In this document: positions 14,995 to 20,303 of the stretch, in pieces | Position numbering within the stretch: position 1 is the first letter of the stretch | Layout: each line of letters begins with the position of its first letter | From: Candidatus Hermodarchaeota archaeon | Lineage (GTDB): Archaea > Asgardarchaeota > Lokiarchaeia > Sigyniarchaeales > SOKP01 | Assembly: GCA_048885535.1 (NCBI GenBank) | Contig: JBHLLO010000027.1 | Location: 19,687-39,989 of the forward strand | Direction: 5' to 3' | DNA length: 20,303 nt | The notes under the pieces: generated by a model | Databases searched by the model: none | The model's input: the letters and a program-made list of their open reading frames with translations, nothing else | Told to the model about the DNA's origin: nothing | Made by a program: the position numbers and the translations under genes

Positions 14995-17169
14995 TTAAAT
15001 CTCATGTTTGTGTGCTTTTAACTTCACTGTCAAATCTCGAGCTCTTTTCGAATACCAAATTAAAAGTTCTCCCGCATCTTCTGGCTCAAAATATTCTCCT
15101 CCACATAGCGATGCTGCTCTAATCATTAGCTCACGATCAGGATTTCCTAACCCCACAATGTAAATAACTACGTTAGGATTCTCGGCAAATAACTTGACAG
15201 CTTTAAAGAAATCGTCACCATCTGTAGGAACCCCATCCGTTAAGAGAACAACCATCGTAGGTTGATCAGGATTCATTTTATCGAATTCTGTTAGAACCTG
15301 ATAAGATTTTGCCATTGCTTGCCCCATATTAGTAGCTTGTCCATAAGCATTTCCTATACGATCCACTATCATGCGAGCGGCATCTTCAAGTACTCCTTTT
15401 TTACCACTGGCGGAATCCATATAAAAGCTATCCATAAAGGGTAAGATCTGAGCCTCATCAGCAAATCGAATGACAGAAACTTTTTCACCAAATCCTCGCC
15501 CTACTTTTTCGCTCAGGAACAACACAGCAGCAAAAGCCGCGGCAATTCTTCTTGGAATATTCACACCTGGTTTGAAATGGACTAGAAATTCCTGAATCTC
15601 TCGTGATTCCATAGCAGCCTTAATCCCTTCAATTGCTGGAGCAATATTAGTAACAAGTACGTCACGCGCCATCATACTTCTGCTGATGTCAATTATCAAA
15701 ATAGCATTAAATGGGATTAAACCTGTTGGGGTCAAGTTAATTGCTGTATTTGGAGTAATTTGAGCAAAGATATCACCTGTTAAATCTGGAACTGTTGATA
15801 ATAAAGAACAAGCAATATTAACTGCGCTCCATCTCAATTTAATTCCTTTGAATATTATATAGTTTGATAACCATCCTTTTAATGAATCTACATTTTGTCG
15901 TGCTGTACTGATTATTTCCCACATGTTTTCTCCACTAATTGGATTAATTCCAAGAGAAACATTTTGTAATGGTATAATTGGTCGTAAATTCTTATATACT
16001 TTGACTTCAAAACTACCAATACCAGAAGCCTCTAAAATCTCACTATCAATTGTAATTGCATTAGAGGGCGTAGCTTCGGAAATCTCAACTTTAGCTGCAC
16101 CTATTGCACCCGTAAGTTCATCTTCAAAGGCTAAAATATCATCTTGCATAATAGATAGTGTATGCTGAGTTCTGGGGCTTACATGGCAATATCCTAAAAG
16201 ATTTGGTTGAGAATGTACTTCAAGCATAATCTCTGATGCCTTTTGTATAGGAGGTTCAGTTGAATAAACTAGAATTTGTTGTGCTTGAATATTTGTATCT
16301 TCTTTAGTGTTTCTACCCATTCGAATCTCATTAGGATTTATCATTGCCTCACTAATTCTCGCGGAACCAGTTGATCGTGTTAATGGATCTTCCCATCCAA
16401 TAAGCATGCCAGTTCCTAATCCTAATTGAAGAACGGTAGAACTACTCAACTGAACTCTTCCGCCTTCAATGTTATTGTCCACAACAGGAGTAAGAATTAT
16501 CCCTCCTTTCTGACTTTGGAGCATGTATATATCAATTCTATTAGGATATTGTTCTGTTGGTGTAACTTGAACACCAAAATCTTGCCCTCCAATCGGTGCC
16601 TGTGTTGGTTGTGGAATCGTTTGAGGAGGAGGTGGTGAAGTTATGGGCGGAGGTGTGGGTGTTAATTGTGGCGTTGGAGCAGGAGTTGGAGCTGGAGGTC
16701 TTGGTTTAGGTTGTGGAGGGGGAACTTGAGTTGGTTGCGGTGGTGGTGCTTGTTGGGGGATTGGTGTTGGAGTTTGATATGGTTGAGGAGGTGGGCTAGA
16801 TTTTTCAGTGGGTGGTGTAGGAAGTGGGGTAAGACCTGGTTGAGTTTGTGGTTTTGGAGGTGAAGTGCTAGGAACTTTTGGTATCTGCAGTTTAGGGGCT
16901 ACTAATCCTGTTTTACTCATAGGTCGTATTATTAATTCTACTCCACTAAATTGCAATTCATCTACAAGGTTCCTGGAAATTTGAGCTGCAAAATCTAATA
17001 CCATATTTGAAATTTCTATTGTCCCAACAACTTTTTTATTATTATCTGGATTTTCTATTTCAACAGATGCTCCATTAGATACACCTAATTTAGTAGCATT
17101 TTCTTGACAAATTACCACCTTGTTAGTGGTATTTTCATTAACATCAACAAAAACTTTTAATTCAGACAT
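14995..17169 (-). CDS. Multidomain protein: three CDC48-N-like double-psi beta-barrel repeats, Pro-rich linker, CDC48 domain-2-like segment, C-terminal vWA domain
   Basis: vWA MIDAS: ILIIDISRSM, ATNMGQAM, VVLLTDGVP, IYIVGLG, ASLCGGEYF. Three repeats of the pattern V.i.....LGv..G..v..Ed......g.v.i.......i.i. About 100 aa of P/Q/T-rich sequence between repeats 1 and 2. Confidence 0.8.
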   Translation of the reverse strand: MSELKVFVDVNENTTNKVVICQENATKLGVSNGASVEIENPDNNKKVVGTIEISNMVLDFAAQISRNLVDELQFSGVELIIRPMSKTGLVAPKLQIPKVPSTSPPKPQTQPGLTPLPTPPTEKSSPPPQPYQTPTPIPQQAPPPQPTQVPPPQPKPRPPAPTPAPTPQLTPTPPPITSPPPPQTIPQPTQAPIGGQDFGVQVTPTEQYPNRIDIYMLQSQKGGIILTPVVDNNIEGGRVQLSSSTVLQLGLGTGMLIGWEDPLTRSTGSARISEAMINPNEIRMGRNTKEDTNIQAQQILVYSTEPPIQKASEIMLEVHSQPNLLGYCHVSPRTQHTLSIMQDDILAFEDELTGAIGAAKVEISEATPSNAITIDSEILEASGIGSFEVKVYKNLRPIIPLQNVSLGINPISGENMWEIISTARQNVDSLKGWLSNYIIFKGIKLRWSAVNIACSLLSTVPDLTGDIFAQITPNTAINLTPTGLIPFNAILIIDISRSMMARDVLVTNIAPAIEGIKAAMESREIQEFLVHFKPGVNIPRRIAAAFAAVLFLSEKVGRGFGEKVSVIRFADEAQILPFMDSFYMDSASGKKGVLEDAARMIVDRIGNAYGQATNMGQAMAKSYQVLTEFDKMNPDQPTMVVLLTDGVPTDGDDFFKAVKLFAENPNVVIYIVGLGNPDRELMIRAASLCGGEYFEPEDAGELLIWYSKRARDLTVKLKAHKHEI
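16595..16900 (-). repeat. Proline-rich low-complexity coding segment
   Basis: PPKPQTQP...SSPPPQP...APPPQPTQVPPPQPKPRPPAPTPAPTP...TPPPITSPPPPQ; visible as a G/T-rich tract on the plus strand. Confidence 0.9.
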
Positions 17170-17265
17170 TCTCCATCATTAAAAATTATTATAATCAGAT
17201 ATAAAAATATGTTTCAACTTAAAGATTTATTAATTATTATAGTCTAAAACTTGAATAACCAAAAA

Positions 17266-17655
17266 TTACACTAATGGGTATCTCTTTGAAATTTCTCCTG
17301 CATAATAACGAAATACAGATACAATCTTGCCTAGATCTTCCACTTTTCGACTTGCCCCCATAAGGAAAAATCTACCGGCTGCACTTAGTATTATAAATGC
17401 ATTTTCCCCTCTTAATACAACCTCTAGTAAATCAGTATAACCTAGAGAATCAATCGCATCCTGTCCGCTTTGCATTACAACAGCACTTAAACTAGAAAAT
17501 AAATCTGGATCTACTTCGTAATCTGGGATGCATGAAAATGCGAGTCTTAAACCATCACGAGTTACAAGGGCAAGAGCTTCCAACTCTGTATATTCCGTTA
17601 TACTTCCAAGGAATTTGGATAAACTATGAGCTTCTTCTGGTGTTAAATCACTCAT
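17266..17655 (-). CDS. Roadblock/LC7 (MglB-like) domain protein
   Basis: LEALALVTRDGLRLA...LFSSLSAVVMQSGQDAIDSLGYTDLLEVVLRGENAFIILSAAG...DLGKI; 129 aa. Confidence 0.92.
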   Translation of the reverse strand: MSDLTPEEAHSLSKFLGSITEYTELEALALVTRDGLRLAFSCIPDYEVDPDLFSSLSAVVMQSGQDAIDSLGYTDLLEVVLRGENAFIILSAAGRFFLMGASRKVEDLGKIVSVFRYYAGEISKRYPLV

Positions 17656-17798
17656 ATCAATGTCTTTGGTTATTTTTTTGAATTAGATATTTTTATTTAA
17701 TTAAATATTAATAAAAAGTTCAACCTTAAAAATTTATATTTCTGTTTCTAATTTAAGAGAAGTGAGAAATTAATAGAAATGAGATTTTAAAAAAGAAT

Positions 17799-18647
17799 CT
17801 ATTTCTTAGTCTCTAATTGAGATTTTATTTGATTTTTTAAAATTTCTTTTTTTGATTTGTATTCTACTTGTAATCCTCCTGGTCCTTCAGATCGCTTTAA
17901 AAATTCAATAGCAAGAATCTTACCGTTTTCTGATAATATCCGAGGTGAGTAATTTTCTGCAAAAAAGATTCCTTCAGGTACAGTGCCAACTTTAGATATT
18001 TCTTTGGTTACCTCCTTTTTTCCTAAGAAAGTTTGAACTTTTTCGACGACTGAATAAGCATGGTTGCCGATAATTATTAGTTCTCTTTCAAAACCATCAG
18101 GAATCTTGATTTCTTCTAATTTTTGCATTATTTGCTCGAAATTGACATGAGTTTCATCTTGCATTAGGGTTGAAAAAGATTCTTGACCAGTATAAAGTGG
18201 ACCCGTATTCTGAGAAGCTCGATCTCGACTTCCTGCAATATTCATACCTTCTGCAGGTTTTGGGATTCCGAAAGGATCCTTTTCTCTTAAAGGATGAACT
18301 GCGGGAGCTGTTTTTACAGGAGGAGGTTCATCAGCTTTTATCTCTTTTGCAATGCCCCCTTCTGTTTTTCCACCTACTAATTTTAAAAATTCTGGTTCCT
18401 CCTCGCCTTCATCTTGAGGTACAACAGCATAGTGCATACCAACTTGACCACGGATTTCTTGGCTTCTTTTTGCTCCAATAAATTTAGATCTCACATTGCT
18501 TTCTATTCCCTTCCAAAGGTACACTTTCCTATACTCATCTGATACAAGGACATAGCATTCATCGGTTTTTAAGATTTCTTTAATTGAACCATCAGTTGAT
18601 ATTTCGGTTGTTGTTCCATCCATATTGATTTTGAAGACTTGTGTCAT
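17799..18647 (-). CDS. Single gelsolin-domain protein with Pro-containing linker and C-terminal domain of unknown function
   Basis: LKTDECYVLVSDEYRKVYLWKGIESNVRSKFIGAKRSQEIR...DEGEEEPEFLKLVG matches a gelsolin repeat. GAGG SD-like motif upstream. Confidence 0.85.
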   Translation of the reverse strand: MTQVFKINMDGTTTEISTDGSIKEILKTDECYVLVSDEYRKVYLWKGIESNVRSKFIGAKRSQEIRGQVGMHYAVVPQDEGEEEPEFLKLVGGKTEGGIAKEIKADEPPPVKTAPAVHPLREKDPFGIPKPAEGMNIAGSRDRASQNTGPLYTGQESFSTLMQDETHVNFEQIMQKLEEIKIPDGFERELIIIGNHAYSVVEKVQTFLGKKEVTKEISKVGTVPEGIFFAENYSPRILSENGKILAIEFLKRSEGPGGLQVEYKSKKEILKNQIKSQLETKK

Positions 18648-18812
18648 TTTTATTCCTCAACCGAGAATCATTCTCAATAAAAAAATAAAGATAATTTTTT
18701 ACTATAATAATAGGTAAAGAATTAATAAATTTTTATCTTCAGATAATTGTTTGTGTAAATTAATTTTCCAACTAGTACGTATTTTTTTTTATTTTTTTGA
18801 TTTCAAGAATAT

Positions 18813-20303
18813 TCAAAATTTTTGTAATGTTAGTAAAGCTGGATCAATGTTTTGAATCATATCCATAGCACTAAACCTTGGACCTACGTTTTCTTTACAA
18901 TATTCACCTAGATATCCATTAAAGAATGCAGCTGAACAAGCAGATTCCAAAACTTTATTATCTGTTGCTAGAAAACATCCACAAAGCCCAGCTAGAACAT
19001 CTCCAGTTCCGCCGATAGACATTTCGGGGCAACCCGTTCGATTAATCTTTAGTTTAACTCCATTAGTAATATAATCGTATGGACCTTTAACTAAAAGTGT
19101 AATTTTTAACTTTTTTGCTGTGTCAAAAATTATTTTTCCTCGTTGTTCAATTTTCTCAAATGAGGGTAAATCGAGATTAGTCATAATTTTAAATTCTCCA
19201 GCATGAGGCGTTAGGATCACATTTTGATTTTTAATCAAATCTAGATGGGTTTTAACCAATTTCAAAGCATCTGCATCAAGGACATAAGGCTTCTTATCTT
19301 TCCTCAAATAATTCAGAATTTGTACCAATAATTCTTCAGTTTCATCTTCTAAGCCTAATCCTGGACCTATTACTAAGGAATTTGACCAATCTATTAGAGA
19401 TTTTAAGTCCTCGAATGCTATTTTTGTTAACCAATCTCCAGGAGTTTGTCTTACGATTAGATTAGGAGAATAACTTCTAATAACATCAGCTATAATCCCT
19501 GGTACATAGGTTATTACTAAATCACAACCAAAATTAATGCAAGTAAGAGATGAATATGCAGGAGCTCCAGAATAATTCTTCGATCCACCAATAACTAAAA
19601 CTCTTCCAAATTGACCTTTATGATAATCTATTTCTCTTACTTTCAATGTTGGCAGTAAATCACCTCGTCCGACAAATATAGTAGCTTCTTGAGGAATACC
19701 TATTGACTTTACCATTAACTCGTTTATATATTCTGTTTTAGGATGCATTCCTCTTTTCATCCTATGAAAAGTAATCACTAAGTCTGCTACAATTGCCTTA
19801 TCTAAGACTTCACCAGTATTTGGATCTAATCCACTTGGTACATCAATTGAAACTACATTAATTTTAAACTGGTTTCTGATTTCATTAATAAAATCTATAA
19901 CAGTAGCAAGCGGTTCCCTAAGTTTCCCCTTAATTCCTGTACCTAAAAGGCCATCAATGATCAACTTAATATTTTTATCTTCTTCTAATAATATTCCAAT
20001 CTTTCCAATATCAGTTGAATCTTTTATAATTTCAATTCTTATTGATAATTCTAAATTATATCTTATTATTTCCCAATTTAATTTTGCCGCTTTGGTGGTA
20101 ATTTTATTAGGATCACCCACTAAAACTACAATACTATTGATCCCAAACGAATTTAAATGACGAGCGACTACGAAACCATCTCCCCCATTATTACCAGTGC
20201 CACAAAAAATTAGAACTTTAGAATGTGAGCCCAAATTATATTTAGTTACAATTTCTGATGCGAATGAATATCCAGCACATTCCATTAAATGACTTTTTGG
20301 AAT
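18813..20303 (-). CDS. nnr: Bifunctional NAD(P)HX epimerase / NAD(P)HX dehydratase (YjeF); 5' end outside the window
   Basis: LMECAG, FCGTGNNGGDGFVVARHL, IIDGLLGTG, SIDVPSG, HKGQFGRVLVIGGSKNYSGAP, VIGPGLG, VLDADAL, ILTPHAGEF, GGTGDVLAG. The frame stays open upstream of Met 20285 to the window edge (IPKSHLMECAG). Confidence 0.97.
   Translation of the reverse strand: MPKSHLMECAGYSFASEIVTKYNLGSHSKVLIFCGTGNNGGDGFVVARHLNSFGINSIVVLVGDPNKITTKAAKLNWEIIRYNLELSIRIEIIKDSTDIGKIGILLEEDKNIKLIIDGLLGTGIKGKLREPLATVIDFINEIRNQFKINVVSIDVPSGLDPNTGEVLDKAIVADLVITFHRMKRGMHPKTEYINELMVKSIGIPQEATIFVGRGDLLPTLKVREIDYHKGQFGRVLVIGGSKNYSGAPAYSSLTCINFGCDLVITYVPGIIADVIRSYSPNLIVRQTPGDWLTKIAFEDLKSLIDWSNSLVIGPGLGLEDETEELLVQILNYLRKDKKPYVLDADALKLVKTHLDLIKNQNVILTPHAGEFKIMTNLDLPSFEKIEQRGKIIFDTAKKLKITLLVKGPYDYITNGVKLKINRTGCPEMSIGGTGDVLAGLCGCFLATDNKVLESACSAAFFNGYLGEYCKENVGPRFSAMDMIQNIDPALLTLQKF

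Noticed and set aside
16666-16863. Trp/Arg-rich 65-aa plus-strand ORF resembling an antimicrobial peptide or RiPP precursor
   Set aside because: It is the antisense read of the Pro-rich linker: CCA codons give TGG on the opposite strand.
3489-20160. Plus-strand ORFs in the track (3489, 4764, 7509, 10721, 15923, 16426, 18170, 19957)
   Set aside because: All are short, lie fully antisense to well-supported minus-strand genes and have no recognisable motifs; they are shadow ORFs.
20283-20285. Met 20285 as the start of the nnr gene
   Set aside because: It is the internal LME motif of YjeF-N; the frame is open to the window edge.
1-20303. CRISPR arrays, tRNA/rRNA genes, IS elements
   Set aside because: No regularly spaced repeats, no GC-rich structured RNA-like stretches in the short AT-rich intergenic regions, and no transposase or integrase motifs were seen.

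Overview
AT-rich window in which all credible genes lie on the minus strand. The gene content (actin-related protein, gelsolin-domain protein, roadblock/LC7 protein) points to an Asgard archaeon, most likely Lokiarchaeia-type (inference). In transcription order, right to left: bifunctional NAD(P)HX repair enzyme (5' end outside the window), gelsolin-domain protein, roadblock protein, a CDC48-N-like/Pro-rich/vWA protein, a membrane protein, a five-gene biosynthetic cluster (13993->8083), an AbrB-ACT regulator, a basic coiled-coil protein, a divergent actin, a helical protein with a degenerate CHAT domain, a coiled-coil protein with a degenerate PLD-like domain, an unannotated 57-aa Trp-rich ORF, and an N6-adenine DNA methyltransferase that runs off the left edge. 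The main finding is the five-gene cluster: two radical SAM/SPASM paralogues, a cobalamin-dependent radical SAM enzyme, an NphB/CloQ-type soluble aromatic prenyltransferase and an SCP2 lipid carrier. Both SPASM enzymes and the unrelated prenyltransferase carry the same ungapped 81-aa N-terminal module, which suggests a docking-domain-organised pathway for an unknown prenylated aromatic lipid or cofactor. Family assignments rest on motif recognition from memory; no database searches were run.
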